A stretch of DNA of 64,000 nt from the human T2T-CHM13v2.0 reference genome, Homo sapiens. A model generated the notes under the pieces. That model worked only from the letters and a program-made list of their open reading frames with translations, ran no database searches and was not told where the DNA came from. How positions within the stretch are numbered: position 1 is the first letter of the stretch; every line of letters starts with the position of its first letter. The stretch lies in assembly GCF_009914755.1 (NCBI RefSeq), contig NC_060947.1; one strand, 5' to 3'. The position numbers and the translations under genes were made by a program. Below, in pieces: positions 25,447 to 40,829 of this stretch.

Positions 25447-26047
25447 TGCAACTCTAATAGGTTCTTTGCTGCATGCACACAGCAAGTCAATACACCAAGA
25501 CAACGGTTGCAGCAGAGAAAGAGGTTTAATCACAGAATCACTGAATGAGAAGATGGGAGGAAACCTCAAATCCATCTCCCTGAGGAGTTTGGGGCTAGGG
25601 TGTTTAAGGGTTTTGTAATGAGCTAAAGTGTGGTGATCATTGATTGGTTGAAGAGTGCAGGGTGAAGTCATGGGTCAGGGAGATGAAGAAACTGTATTCT
25701 CATGCTGATCCGGTTCCTCTGCGGGGCTCTTCAAACTGGTTGCTAGAATTCTAGGCCTAATAAACATCTTAAGCAATCTTTAAACAAAAGCCTTATGATT
25801 CTAATGTCAGAGATTCTATCTATAGGAAAAATGGGGATGCAGATCAATTCTTCAAGCCTTATGACCCCAATGTCAGAAATCCTATCTATAGGGATAATGG
25901 GGATGTAAATGGTCAGCATCTAGTGCTGCAGGACTTTTAGCAACAAGGAAGTGGACCAAACTGCAGCCTGATTAATGTTTAATTAAAACTATATTTCTGT
26001 CCAGAACCCAGCATGCAATTCTTGTCAACCCAGTGGGAACAGTTTCA
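25447..26047 (-). mobile_element. ERV1 solo LTR (LTR26/LOR1-like)
   Basis: TG...CA ends with 4-bp TSD AATA; homologous to 54503-55095. Confidence 0.85.
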
Positions 26048-27189
26048 AATACATTTTGCAGCTAAACACATTGATGATTTTTTCTGTGTGAAAAAGATAA
26101 GTCTCTACAAAAGGGTACAAAGTCCTTTAGGGTAGCAATTAATGAACTCCTCAAAGTCTATGTTAGAAATCCTGATTTATGGACACTCATAATTTATGGA
26201 AATGTCAACCTACTTTCCAAAAGATAACATGAGATAAATGCAAATTAAACTCAAATTCAAAATTCAATGACAACCTATTTGGAAAATTCTTGTGTAATAA
26301 ACAGGTGTTTTGTTTTGTTTTGCTCGTTTCTTCTGTCTTTTGTTTGAATGTATAACTTTAATAGCTGAACCAGTTTAAACCGGGATAGAAATTTGTTTAC
26401 TCACCTTAGTAGAATTCAGTGCAAATGACTGAGATTAGCTGTATTTTCTGTGCTAATAGACAAGTTTACAACTCATAATGTCTATCATTTAGTACTCTTT
26501 TTCTGAATATTCCTTTGTTATCACCTCAATTAAAAGGGAGAAAACAAGAAGTGTCATTTATCCACACAAATGCTTGCTTAAAAAACTTTTTGAGGCATTT
26601 TGTTAATGAGTTGATGACTTGCCCAAGGTATCATGATTATTCCATGTAAGAATCTGTATCCTCTCATAGGTAAGGCTGCCTCTAAATCCTGTTCTCTTTC
26701 TGCTGTCCTCATAGGCCAAACATTACTATCTTATTACATAAACTGTCTCTTCCCTTATGCTCAGCTGTGGCTTTTTCTCAGAAAAAAAAAATCAGAGTTT
26801 TTTATAAAGAATATCTTTAAGACACATTGCTTTCGTGTTTGTCTTCAGCCACTTTGTGCTGCTATAACAAAATATCTGACAGTAGATAATTTATCATGAA
26901 CAAAAATTTATTTGAGACTTATCATTCTGGAGGCTGGGGAGTACAATATCAAGGTACTGGCATGTAGTGAGGGCCTTTTTGCTGAGTCATCCCATGGCAG
27001 AAGGCAGAAGGTGGAAAGACAGGAGAGGGTGAGAGAGATAGGGGGTTTAAACTCACAGCCTGTAGCCTTTTTATAATCTGCATTAATTCATTTATGAGGG
27101 CGGAGCCCTCATGATCTAAATGCCTCCCATTAGAATACACTACCCAACACCTTTGTTTTGGGGATTGTGTTAGTGTGTTTGCATTGCTA

Positions 27190-27269
27190 TTAGGTTGGTG
27201 CAAAAGTAATTGCGGTTTTTGCCATTAAAAGTAACAGCAAAAACCGCAATTACTTTTGCACAAACCTAA
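27190..27269. mobile_element. MADE1 (Hsmar1 MITE), 80-bp hairpin
   Basis: 37-bp TIRs with 3 mismatches, 6-bp spacer, TA TSD. Confidence 0.97.
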
Positions 27270-27341
27270 TATGAAGATGTACCCAAGGCTGAGAGTAAGT
27301 TATTTAATTAAAAAAAAAGAGGTTTATCTGGCTAAGGGTTA

Positions 27342-27700
<359 letters not shown>

Positions 27701-28554
27701 TCACCTCCTCAGGAAGCTTACAATCATGGTAGAAGGTGAAGTGACAGCAAGTGATGTCACATGGTGAGAGAGTGAGCAAGAGAGAGAGAGAGAGAGGGAG
27801 GAAGTGCCACACTCTTTTAAAAAACCAGATCTCATGTGAACACAGAGCAAGAACTTATTACTGTGAGGAAGGCACCAAAATATTCATGAGGGATCTGCCC
27901 CAGTGACTCAAATGCCTCCCATCAGGCCCGAACTCCAACATTAGGGATTACATTTCAACATGATATTTGGAGGAAACAAACATCCAAAGCATATCAGGGG
28001 TTAAATTTCCAACATATGCTTTTTGTAGGACACATTCAAACCATAGCAGCATTTTTTATTAATTACCTGACATATTTAAATCAGCTCTTTACCCTATATC
28101 TTTTCCTCAAATTTATTTAGGATGCATAGTTTCAAGCTTCAGTGTGCTCAACTGATAAAATTGAAATGAAACACTTACTGACTTTTTTCAAATATCAAAA
28201 AAGTAAAAATAAATGCATTTGCTTAAAACTGTGCGCTAAAATGCTACAGCATAGGGGCAATAACCAGCCTGATGTCAGCAGAGAAAAAAATTGAAAGGTA
28301 CAATTTCTTTCAAGTTCAACTTTGATCGCCATTGATCAGCCCACCTTACTGTACTCTATGCTTGTCTGTCAAATCAAAGGAGCAGAGGAGACATTAGGGA
28401 GAATCAATAGGTGTTACAGGGTGTTCCACAAAGCACTTGGTGCTTAATTTACTGCAAAGTGAAATATTGACTGCAGAGCCAGAGGAGGATGGCGATATGT
28501 GGTTTAGATTAGATTCAAACACTTTTTAGCCCTCAGAATACTATTAATCAGGCT

Positions 28555-28655
28555 AATATTGAGTAAATATTTATTAAGCACCTACTGAGAAGAGGCCCTA
28601 GATGGTTCCTGAGTTGACAACATTAGTCCCCACCCTTGAAGATCTAATGATCTAG
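28555..28655 (-). mobile_element. L2 3' fragment
   Basis: 'aaatatttattaagcacctact'. Confidence 0.6.
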
Positions 28656-28899
28656 CAGAAGAGTAGCCAGAGTAATAGGTATAAACACTGATGAGTCTTA
28701 TGATGAAAGCTTCTTTCTTTGTGCCCTGGGCTCACACAGTTGAGCTTTATTGATATACCAAGCAAAAAGGGGCAAATCCATATTAGGAAAATAGTCACTA
28801 AATTGGGTGGGGGGCGGGGAATAAGAGTGGATGTCTCCTGAAGAGTTTTCCCTGAGTGTGGAACAGTTCTGATTTCCTGGATTGCCACTTTTATTCTAA

Positions 28900-29360
28900 A
28901 GCTGTGTGTTTCCTAAATTTGTTGCTAACCTAACAGTCACTTTTTGCCCACCCCTGACCCACTGGATCAGAATCTGTATGAAATGCATCTGGGAAGCTCC
29001 ATTATTAACAGGTAACTTTGGTGATTTTATCGGGATGTTTACAAAACACTGCCATAGCTACTCCCTGCAACCCTACCATTTGAGCTTATCTCTTTCATTG
29101 AGCAGCAGGTCTCAAAGTTTAGCTTGCAAAAAATCACCTGAATCTCTACTATTTCTATTTCAAGTCCCTTTAGTTTAATTGATCTTCTCAAAGTTTAGAG
29201 GCATTCATGTTAACAATGTTAAGGTTCCTGAGTCCTATCTTCATAGGCATTAATTGAGTGGGCCTGCTGTGGAGCCCATTAATCCGTATTTTGACAGGCA
29301 TGGTTGGGTAAGAGATTCTGATGAAGGTGATCCTTGGAAGGTACTTTGAGAAATATTGGC
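28900..29360. mobile_element. MER5-family (hAT-Charlie) fragments
   Basis: 'gaatctgtat...taacagg...ggtgatt', 'tctcaaagtt' and 'actttgagaaa.attg'. Confidence 0.6.
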
Positions 29361-29449
29361 TCAAATAGTCTTTATTCCTCTTGAAAAGAAACACATTACA
29401 CTCTTGTAATTTGGTGCAAAAGTAGGATTTAAGAATTGGATTTAATTTC

Positions 29450-29595
29450 AGGTTATAAATCTAGCAGAATGAAAACTATAGTGAGGACAGGAGTGTTTTT
29501 TTTTTTCTGTTCTGTTCAATGATGTGTGCCCAACACCTAAGAGAGTGGCTTTCACATAGTAGATGCCCCCAAACTAGTTGTTGACTTGATGAATC
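29450..29595 (+). mobile_element. L2 3' end
   Basis: 'cacctaaga.gagtggct..cacatagtagatgc...gttgttga.ttgatgaat'. Confidence 0.65.
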
Positions 29596-29866
29596 AACTC
29601 AAGGCATAAGGACATTATGTCCGTTACTTTGCATGCTCCCCATATCCTCTAATGAAGTGTTATAGACAGAAGGAATTTACAAACAAATTTGCAAATAGAG
29701 AGCAGGGTGGCAGTGATAGGAGTAGAAGGACCAACTCTGAAACACATTGGACCTTCAGGAGGAAAAAAAGAGGGTCAAGACAGGGAAGCAACCATGGATA
29801 GCATCACCCCCAACTCCCACTCTGCCAACCTTACTGGCTGTGTAAGGCTATCCTGCCCTTGGTCAC

Positions 29867-30525
<659 letters not shown>

Positions 30526-31629
30526 TTTATTACTGATTTGCCCCAGAGGCTTTGTGTTGTCCCCTTTGATGAGAGATTACACTTTTAAAGCTACAGCATG
30601 GGAATGCCACAGGGTGAGGTGAGGTGCTGATGAGGAAATATACATAAATCAAGGCTGCAGCTTTCTCCTTGCCTTACTTTATTTTCTGAACTTTCCTTAT
30701 GCAGGTGTAGATATATAATTTCATTTTGTCTTTCAACAGGAACTGGGTGGGCAGGGGGAACAGTGGCATCAAATGTGTTGGGGTCACTATCGCCTTCGCC
30801 TCTCAGTTCTTTTTGGCTTTGCCTGGGATTCTGTGTCCCTTCATTCAGCCCCTGATTGTTCACTTGCTCCTATGTTAGTGAAAGAGAGATGCTGAACGTT
30901 AATGAAAAAAAGCCATCCTGCGGTATGCAGCTCTTATGCATTCTGTAAGGGCTGCTGCCTTCAAATATTTCCAAGGCATTAGAAGTGTTTGCTGTGGAGA
31001 CACCCACCATCTGTTCCTGCCTTCACTCCTGGGTGTGAGAATTGTTATGAGGACAGTACAATGGCTCCTCCCAGCTGTTCCTGGATCTTGGTCTAAGTCC
31101 TTCGGGAACTGATATTTTCAGGAACTAGGGTATAGAGATTGTTGAAATAGGATTTTAGTGGAATAAATGAAATACATAGCGATGTGTGTTATAATCACAA
31201 GGAATATTTTCCCCAATTATTAAGTGCCATGTGAGAGATGAGACAGATTAACGGAATGGTATATATTAAATGACTTAGGTTCATGTAACTTTATTTTGAT
31301 GTTTTCTGAATGTATTTGCTCTAAGATTGAACTGGTGTTGCTTCTAATGGATTTTCCACAACAGTTGCTCCTGGAATATGTAGGATGCCAGAATGTTTCC
31401 CTTTGTAGAAGATGAGCTCTGCACTGTGTGTGTGCCTCTTCAGGAAATAGCCTCCTGTCAAAACTTACTACAGCATTTCTTTTATATATATGAAAGGATA
31501 ATTTTGGTGAAACTAGATTTGTAGGTGGCAAAAGGAACAGAGGTAGCTCCAGTTTTAAGAAAACGTGCTTGGTCTTCTGTTATTTCACTTTTGATAGCTC
31601 CCTTGGGGGCAACCCCTTATTTCAGAGCA

Positions 31630-31850
31630 ATTATACCATTTGTAGAGCACTTGATAATTTACCAGGCACCTTTACACATATGTTATATTTTGAGCCACAT
31701 AATAAACTTCAGACCCTGGATTTATTTTCTTCTTTTAAGCAAGCAAAAAGAGGCTTAAAGATTTTAAAGAAATTCTCTAAGACAACACTGCCAGCAAGTG
31801 GCAAAGCAGATGCCAAATATATCTTCCAAATTCTATACTTTTCTTCCCAT
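31630..31850 (-). mobile_element. MIR
   Basis: 'ccatttgtagagcactt..ccaggcac..tttacaca'. Confidence 0.6.
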
Positions 31851-31954
31851 AAAAGTTTATGATTCTCACAATGAAAGGGGAATAACATCTTACTTACTCT
31901 GCCATTTGGATCCCTAGATGAATCAGGAAGTGTCTCAGGTTGTTTGATTCAAAG

Positions 31955-32143
31955 CAGTGGTTCTCAAGCTTGGGTCCCTAAAGCAGCAGCATCAGCAACA
32001 TCACCTGGGAGCTTGTTAGAACTGCAGCCCCTGAGGCCCACCTTAAACATACTAAACCAGAAGATATTGGGGCAGGTTCCAGAAATCTCTTTTCACCTGT
32101 CCTCCAGGTGATTTTGATGGATAATATTACTTGATAAGCTCTG
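31955..32143 (+). mobile_element. MER5A
   Basis: 'cagtggttctcaa..ggtccct..cagcagcatcagc..cacctggga.cttgttagaa'. Confidence 0.85.
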
Positions 32144-33239
32144 ACTTAGAGGAGACAGTCTCACACAGGCCCTCCATCCCTCCCTCCCGTTAGCCCAGAA
32201 GGCAGCATTTAGTTTGAAAACACTTTCTGATGACAGGTAAGAAGCATTTTCTTGTCATTTAGTACATCAAGAGAGTTTTTCTCTATGACAGAGAAACAGG
32301 GACAAATGCAATGTGTGAGTGGATGGGTGAGAAGAGTGAAGGGAAAATTATAGGCTGTGAGATTGTGTTATTTGGGGAGATTGTTGAGGACCTCACATCT
32401 TGGGACTTCTGTATTGAGAAGATAGAGCAGGGAAGGAAATGCAGAAAGAACTGAATTCTAAATTTCCACTTCCCAATTATGTCCAAGACTAATTCTCTGA
32501 CAATCATTTTTCCTGAAATGCCACTGCCTTTTAGAATTGATAATTCCAGCCTATTGATTCAACCAATCATTTGATATATTCTACAAAACAATAGAAAAAA
32601 TAGAGGGTAAGTCTCATAGTAGGAATCATAAATTTCAAGGAACAAGATCCCTGCTTTAACTCTGGAAGGCACCTGGCTAAAGTGGAAGTAAGACATGCTT
32701 GCTGGATCTGAAGGCTACTGGGTATGTCCAGGCCGCTCCTAAGAGGTCTGCCAAGACTCTGTGGGTTTAGCAGAGTACAAAGCCAAAGTTAATTGCTCCT
32801 CATAAAGCCCAACATGCTCAGAGTGAACCTTCTTCATGGATGTTTTCCAGTCATCAGCATATTTCATGAGTATTTGCCATACAGTTTAATGGTAACCAAA
32901 ACACTTATTGGGTAGAAATCATCTGGATCATCAATTCTGTTCATTTAAAAAATTAATAGAGAAATGCAATGTTTCTACACAGCAGTGAAAGTCCTTTTGC
33001 TATTATTTTGGTCCACATTTTGACTGAAGTTGAAGGTTAGCTGCCAGAAAACTTTTCATCATATATGAAAGTAGCCCTGCTCCTGAATATGAGACAGAAA
33101 AGGTATATAAATCTTACTATACATTTGATGTTGCTAATGCTAATGGAGTTATTTACATACATAAATTTTGCATAATAATATAGACTTTTTTCATTTTCTA
33201 TATGCAGGATAAAACTGTAAATCCTCTGTGCTGTTTAGA

Positions 33240-33293
33240 CCCCCAAGTGGATGTACTGCAATACAATTCTGACACTAACTACCTGGAGTTAGT
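33240..33293. mobile_element. MER21-like LTR fragment
   Basis: 'caattctgacactaactacctggagttag'. Confidence 0.55.
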
Positions 33294-33399
33294 ATCATTT
33301 TGTCAATACTGCTTTGATAGGTATAATGACAAGGGAAATATTTAATTCAGTTAATGGTAGGACGATGATTTGGTTTGTGGGGAGCCTGATATGCTGAAT

Positions 33400-33805
33400 G
33401 ACAGGCTTAAGTGCTGCAGCCCTCCATGCGTCTACCTCCCTGCAGTGGCTTCATCAAGGGCCCACTGCCCCTCCAAGCCCCTTGACTTTGGCTTGGCCCG
33501 CTGAGTTGCTTTGGTCTATTGCATGTCGGTAAAATTGACCAAGAGCTGAGTTCCAAATCTAGGCCTTAAAGGCCCCACATGTTTCTGCTTGCCCTTTTCC
33601 ACCTCAGGCGTCACTATGAGAAGAGTTTTCACCAGCTGTTGCACATTCAGCCTCAGCCCCAAATGAGGCATGTGGCATAGAGCTGAGTCAGCCAAGCCCA
33701 GCCTAGATCATCTGACTCCCAGGTGTGTCAACTGCACTATCCAACTTCAGATTTGGTGAAATAAATTTTTTTGACGATATGTCTTGTGACAATAGCTAAT
33801 GAGTA
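33400..33805 (+). mobile_element. Old MLT1 (G/H-type) LTR
   Basis: 'ccccttgactttggcttggcc..tga.ttgctttgg' ... 'caatagctaa'. Confidence 0.7.
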
Positions 33806-34131
33806 AAAGAAATGTTTCCGTTCTTTTCCGAGTTAACTGTCAGGGGCTTGAGTTCAACAATATGCTACAATAAGCGATGAAATTTTGCTTTCTTTCTCCC
33901 AACTTTTGATTCTTTAAAGAGAGTTAAACGTCACAGATGGCCCAGGGCTGAGAAGCTAGGACAGGGTCAGCCAAATGAAGAGCCATGGGTATGCTCCAAT
34001 CTGTCAAGAAAAGCAGCCTCCTTGGGCTAACTCTTTAATGTAGGGATTAGTTCTGTTTGAGCAAGTTGGACTTGGGTGTTTGAAATAAAATTCTTAATAT
34101 TATCTACAATTTTCTTTAAATATGGATTGGG

Positions 34132-34260
34132 ATATATATATACGTATATATATACACATATATACGTATATATATACGTATATATATACGTATATATATA
34201 CGTATATATACGTATATATACGTATATATATACGTATATATATACGTATATATGTGTGTA

Positions 34261-34305
<45 letters not shown>
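34132..34305. repeat. Compound microsatellite (TATATACG)n-(TG)n-(TA)n
   Basis: Visible in sequence; about 170 bp of alternating purine-pyrimidine. Confidence 0.97.
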
Positions 34306-34309
<4 letters not shown>

Positions 34310-35070
34310 TATGTGTGCTGTTTTTCAGTCTACCCTCTGAATATCATTAGTGGACAGTTGTGGCCCCTAATCAAGAGTATACACGAAAGGGCCTACTTAG
34401 TTAACATTCAGAGTGTTTATTCCGAAATTCAGGCTCCAGAAGTGTCCTTCAACTAACTTTATTTTTGATCAACTCCAGATGGTTTGCTACTTAGTATAAC
34501 GTAAGGAATAATTGTAATTGCTTACTAGAATGCTGTTAATTATGTGTGGATTTGCTAGAATATTGTCTATATTTCTGCCTTTGCATGAATCAGAACAGGA
34601 GGTCTGGAGAAGCCCAGATTCTATACCTTTTAGAGTGGTACCCTAAGTACAGGATTATTTCTGATTCATGTGTTCAGTCACTTTTTGAGGATTCTGAAAT
34701 AGTGTCACATCTACCTTACATAGAGATTTCAGGCAAAGCATTTATTGAAATGCATAGAAGAACAAAATTATGCCTACATCTCTATAAATGTGGCATGTGT
34801 AGCAGAATATTATCCATGACTTGTAACATACCACTTGGTTCTGAGGTCCCAGGGGAGAGGAGTTAGACAGCTTTTTCTATATCTAACTATTGGATGTTAC
34901 CAATATTTACCACAACCTAATAGTTGTGCATAACTAAATTGCCTTAGTCCAGTATAAAACTGTTTCATAAAGAGGTTTAGTTAAAAGCTAATTAAAAGTG
35001 GAATGAATAAAGGGTGGCATATTCTTTTCATGAAATTCTTTCAGCAACATAAAAATATTGCTTTATATAA

Positions 35071-36200
<1,130 letters not shown>

Positions 36201-36559
36201 TCAGTTCTTAGTAACAATAAGGGTGAATATCAAAAACATTAGGTTGGGCTCTACATTTCATATTAGAGCATTTTACTCTACCCTAATTCAAATAAATGAC
36301 TACTCATAAGAAAGATATCAAGATAATGGAAAGATGCATGGCTTGCTAACAATTGTCCTACCTTTTCAGAACTGTGATTCTTATCCAGAAATTCTTTTTA
36401 AATAAAATTTTAGGATGCAGACTGCCAACTTTTAATTTCCTGTTTGCCCTTTTGAAGTCTATAGGAACTTTTTTTCATATACTTGAGAAAAAATATATAT
36501 ACTACAAGTATCATTCACATACCTGAAGAGGTGAAGCCATCTCATTGGAGATTTGCAAT

Positions 36560-36690
36560 GACAGCTAGCCCATTCCCACATGACCACACTAGAGCTAGCT
36601 CAGAGGGGTAAAGCAACTTGATTAAAGTAATATATATAGCTAACCACAGCATCCAACTAGAAACTAGAACTCTATTTTGTTTACAATATG
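36560..36690 (-). mobile_element. MIR fragment
   Basis: 'gctcagaggggtaaagcaacttg...atagcta...ctagaact'. Confidence 0.5.
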
Positions 36691-38066
36691 TTCTAGCATA
36701 AAATTTCCATACATGCATAGATGTGGGGTTAAGAGATTCCTTCAGTATCTTATAATGTGAACTCAATGTATTTATTACCAGAGAAATTTTATTTATCATT
36801 CTATTTTTTAAATAAATAGAAATTCAGAAAAATAAAACATGTATTTTACATGGTTTTATCTCTCTTTTAAATTCTGAAATAATCGATATATGAAAATTGA
36901 TTTAACTTATATCTGTTCCACACTTTTAACAGTTTAGCCAACTCTTTTCAGGCTTAGTCTTTATTTTTATTATAACTTTCCCATTATAATCCACATTTAT
37001 TTGATTTTTAGAACTCTGAGTTTTTCTCCTTCAACATCCTTTTCGTTAATATTTAAGACAGGTTCCCACAGCTTCAAACTCAGTCAAAGTGAACTGAATG
37101 TTGATGCTAATAATGTAAGCTTTCTGAGACTTAAACCTGAAGTTCAGATTGAGATGCATGCCACCAGGGTCAATGTGGAATGTCCAGAAGTGGCATACTT
37201 GGTGAGAGAAATAAGACACTTAGTGAGACTGTGCTCAAGAGATTCTGGACCATCTCCTGCTTTAAAATTTCAGGTTCCTATACAGTAGAAAGTAATGCAG
37301 ATGCAATTCTTTTTTTGAAGAGTGAAGAACATGAAACATTACACTCTGCAGCGTGCACTACATCCAATGCCTTTAAAAAAAAAGTCTGTACCTGTTCATA
37401 CTGCTGTTTCTCAGGCAATCAAACATATTTGAATGTGAACAATCTCTTCTAGTTTCCCACTATATATTTTTGAATTGGATGTCAGGAGGTGTAACCTTTG
37501 AATAAATTCAGAACAGAGAGAAGATGAAAGAAGACAGTAGAAGAGAGAACTCTGATTAGTTCATGGTTTGGTTCTTTTGTTGTAGGGAAAAGAGACGCAT
37601 TATTCTGGTCACTGTAGCCTGGAATCCTGGAATTAGGTTCATACCATTTTTGGGTACCATCTTTGGCTTTTTCTAGTTCAGCAAATGTGCTTCTAAATTC
37701 GTCCTCCATGCTAATGCAATCAATGAAAATTGCACCTTGAATTCATTTCAATGTCTTCCTTGATCTCCACCAAGGGCTGTTGCCAAGTGGGTATTGCACC
37801 ATGTATCAGAAGAGGGAGAGGCCATTACCCCAAAAACACACCCACTCTGCCTCTGTGAAGATGCTTAGGCAGGATTCGGTTTTAAGGAGAAGAGCTAGGA
37901 GCAGAAGGAGCTGAGAGACTGAAATAGTTTAACTAAAATGGGGCTTAGAGTATTACCTAAAATGACTGCATAGCTTATTTAAATTAGATAAGTTTAAAAC
38001 AAATTATGCATACACATATATACATACACACATATATACACATATATACAATAAATGTGTTTATGT

Positions 38067-38068
<2 letters not shown>

Positions 38069-38110
<42 letters not shown>
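38069..38110. repeat. (GT)~21 microsatellite
   Basis: Visible in sequence. Confidence 0.97.
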
Positions 38111-38111
<1 letters not shown>

Positions 38112-38364
38112 CCACCACAAAAGAAGCAGGTTGCGGCTTGGACCCAGATTAGTTACAACATAAAGAAAACAAAGGTGCTGCACTTTTCTACCCATTAAAT
38201 TGATTGTGTAAAATTTGCAGTGCAGCTGCATTTTCTACCCTAGATTTTTCTTTAATTGTTTTGAAGTGCCTTTAACTATATCTCCTCTTTGACTGAAGTG
38301 TCACTAAGTTTCAGTTTCCAGAAAAATCACATGTATGCAAGATGTGCTCAGTAATTAATTTTTG

Positions 38365-38490
38365 ATGCAGGAGTGAAGATATGTCTTCAGTATACTGATT
38401 TCCTTTCTTTTGGGTATATACCCAGCAGTTGGATGGCTGGATTACATGGTAGCTCAATCTTTAGTTTTTTGAGGAACGTCCAAACTGTTC
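38365..38490 (-). mobile_element. L1MA ORF2-end fragment
   Basis: 'tatactgatttcctttcttttgggtatatacccagcag...ttgaggaac.tccaaactgttct'. Confidence 0.85.
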
Positions 38491-39250
38491 TTTAAATTAT
38501 GACTAATTAAAATTAATTCTCTCAATTTCTTGAAGATGGTAGAGGTGAGTTTGAACTGAAATTCTACTATCACATGTAGTCAAATACAATAGGAATACTT
38601 CTATGCTCTCCATTTAATATGATGAATAATGGAAGCCTTGGGATGAAAGGGTAAGTCTTTACTCTTCTGAATGACTCCACTATTAAAGCAGCATTGCCTC
38701 CAGGGGAAGGATATTACCTCAAAGCACAGGTAAGATGTGAACAGCTCAAATGAGATAAAACACACAAGCTTAATACCAGAGAGCCATTATTCCAAACTGA
38801 GAGAGGCTCCTGGAGTCTTGAGAGTGAGCAACCATAGGGGTTTTCATCTTCAGGGAGGTTAAGTGCACAATGGCATCCAGGAATACCCGTAAGCACTACA
38901 TTGGCTGTGGACCTGTGAATGAATTATGCTGAAGAGCTTGGTTGCCTTTGCATAAAACACTTTTCAAGGAAATTCTGACAAGAAGTGTAATCATACTTCT
39001 CTCCTCTCACACAATTATCAGAGGGGAAATAGTTTTAGCAAGAACATGACAGATGTAAGGTTTATTGTTTACTAAATATGCAATAAATCATCAGTACTTT
39101 TCATAGAGAGAATCCCAGAATATGTCAGGAAATTTCATTAATTGATATTAATCTTGACGTATCTTTGCAAAGATTTGAAAAGCAAGCATTGTGATTTATT
39201 ACGGCAGGAAAACGTGTGAGTTATAAATATGAACTTCAAGTTGGCTAAAT

Positions 39251-40064
39251 TCTTTTTTTTAATTTTTAAATTTTTTTATTATACTTTAAGTTCTAGGGTA
39301 CATGTGCACAACATGCAGGTTTGTTGCGTATGTATACATGTGCCATGTTGGTGTGCTGCACCCATTAACTCATCATTTATATTAGGTATATCTCCTAATG
39401 CTATCCCTTCCCCCTCCCCCCACCCCACGACAGGCCCCGATGTGTGATGTTCCCCACCCTGTGTCCAGGTATTCTCATTGTTCAGTTCCAACCTATGAGT
39501 GAGAACATGCAGTGTTTGGTTTTCTCTCCTTGTGATAGTTTGCTCAGAATGATGGTTTCCAGCTTCATCCATGTCCCTACAAAGGACATGAACTCATCCT
39601 TTTTTATGGCTGCATAGTATTCCATGGTGTATATGTGCCACATTTTCTTAACCAGTCTATCATTGATGGACATTTGGGTTGGTTCCAAGTCTTTGCTATT
39701 GTGAATAGTGCACAATAAACATATGTGTGCATGTGTCTTTATAGCAGCATGATTTATAATCCTTTGGGTGTATACCCAGTAATGGGATGGCTGGGTCAAA
39801 TGGTATTTCTAGTTCTAGATCCTTGAAGAATTGCCACACTGTCTTCCACAATGATTGAAATAGTTTACAGTCCCACCAGCAGGGTAAAAGTGTTCCTATT
39901 TCTCCACATCCTCTCCAGCATCTGTTGTTTTCTGACTTTTTAATGATCGCCATTCTAACTGGTGTGAGATGGGATCTCATTGTGGTTTTGATTTGCATTT
40001 CTCTGATGGCCAGTGATGATGAGCATTTTTTCATGTGTCTGTTGGCTGTATAAATGACTTCTTG
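39251..40064 (-). mobile_element. L1PA5-7-type, 5'-truncated (~0.8 kb)
   Basis: Canonical L1PA 3'UTR and ORF2 C-terminal peptide (ORFs 39482-39799 and 39696-40070). Confidence 0.95.
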
Positions 40065-40829
40065 AAGCACATCCCTTTCTTCCTATTAGGAAACTAAAAT
40101 TCCTTTGACAAAATTTCCAAAGAAACACACCTTCCACCTCAATTCTATATAGTAGCTGATGGCTATAGTTCTTGAGTGCTCAGACGTTTCACACTTAGAT
40201 GTTAATTTGTTCCATCATAAATCAATTTAAGGTAGACATAGTTAATAAGGAAAACTAGTAAACCTTTCAAACATCTGCCAAGATTCTAGTACCTGATACG
40301 TGTGGCCTCCAGCTAGTTGAGCATCACAACATTACCAAGGACAGCATCATGAAGTGAAGGGGGAGATAACGTACCTAGTGAAAAAATACTGATGAGATAA
40401 AAGCTTATGAGTTTGACGTCCTCAGAAGTCTGCATCAGGGGCTACTTGTGGGCCTAATGAATTGTACTACATTAAACAAATCACAAAGTTTTACCAATCT
40501 TGAAAAGCAATTTTTACATGATTTATAAGAAATGAAAGCAAAGCTATACCAAAAGGAGTGTGCTGCTGATGAAACTCAAAACAGCAACTTTTGATGAACT
40601 TAATATAGTTAAGTCTATCCCTGTGATAAAACATGGTTTGTTTCAGGCAAAAGGATACACATCATCCTGGGAGTTTTGCCAAATACTAACAATTTTTTCT
40701 ATTTGGCAAACAAGTATTTTCAAAGTGTTCTTGCTTTTTAAAGAAATCTTTTCTAAACCAATTTTGCTAAGAATGTCTTCTAAGAGAGTATGAAAAAAAA
40801 AATACTCCGTGTCTTTATAGACTCTAGGG

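Noticed and set aside
34076-34456. YIYV-repeat ORFs (also 3211-3477)
   Set aside because: Translation of TA-rich microsatellites
37001-37709. Cluster of ORFs (95, 90 and 75 aa) as a processed pseudogene or exon
   Set aside because: No recognisable protein on either strand in the frames I translated; no poly(A) or TSD
38535-38740. Three consensus splice donors (GAG|gtgagt, AGG|gtaagt, CAG|gtaaga) within 200 bp
   Set aside because: No convincing upstream acceptor or reading frame; insufficient without RNA data
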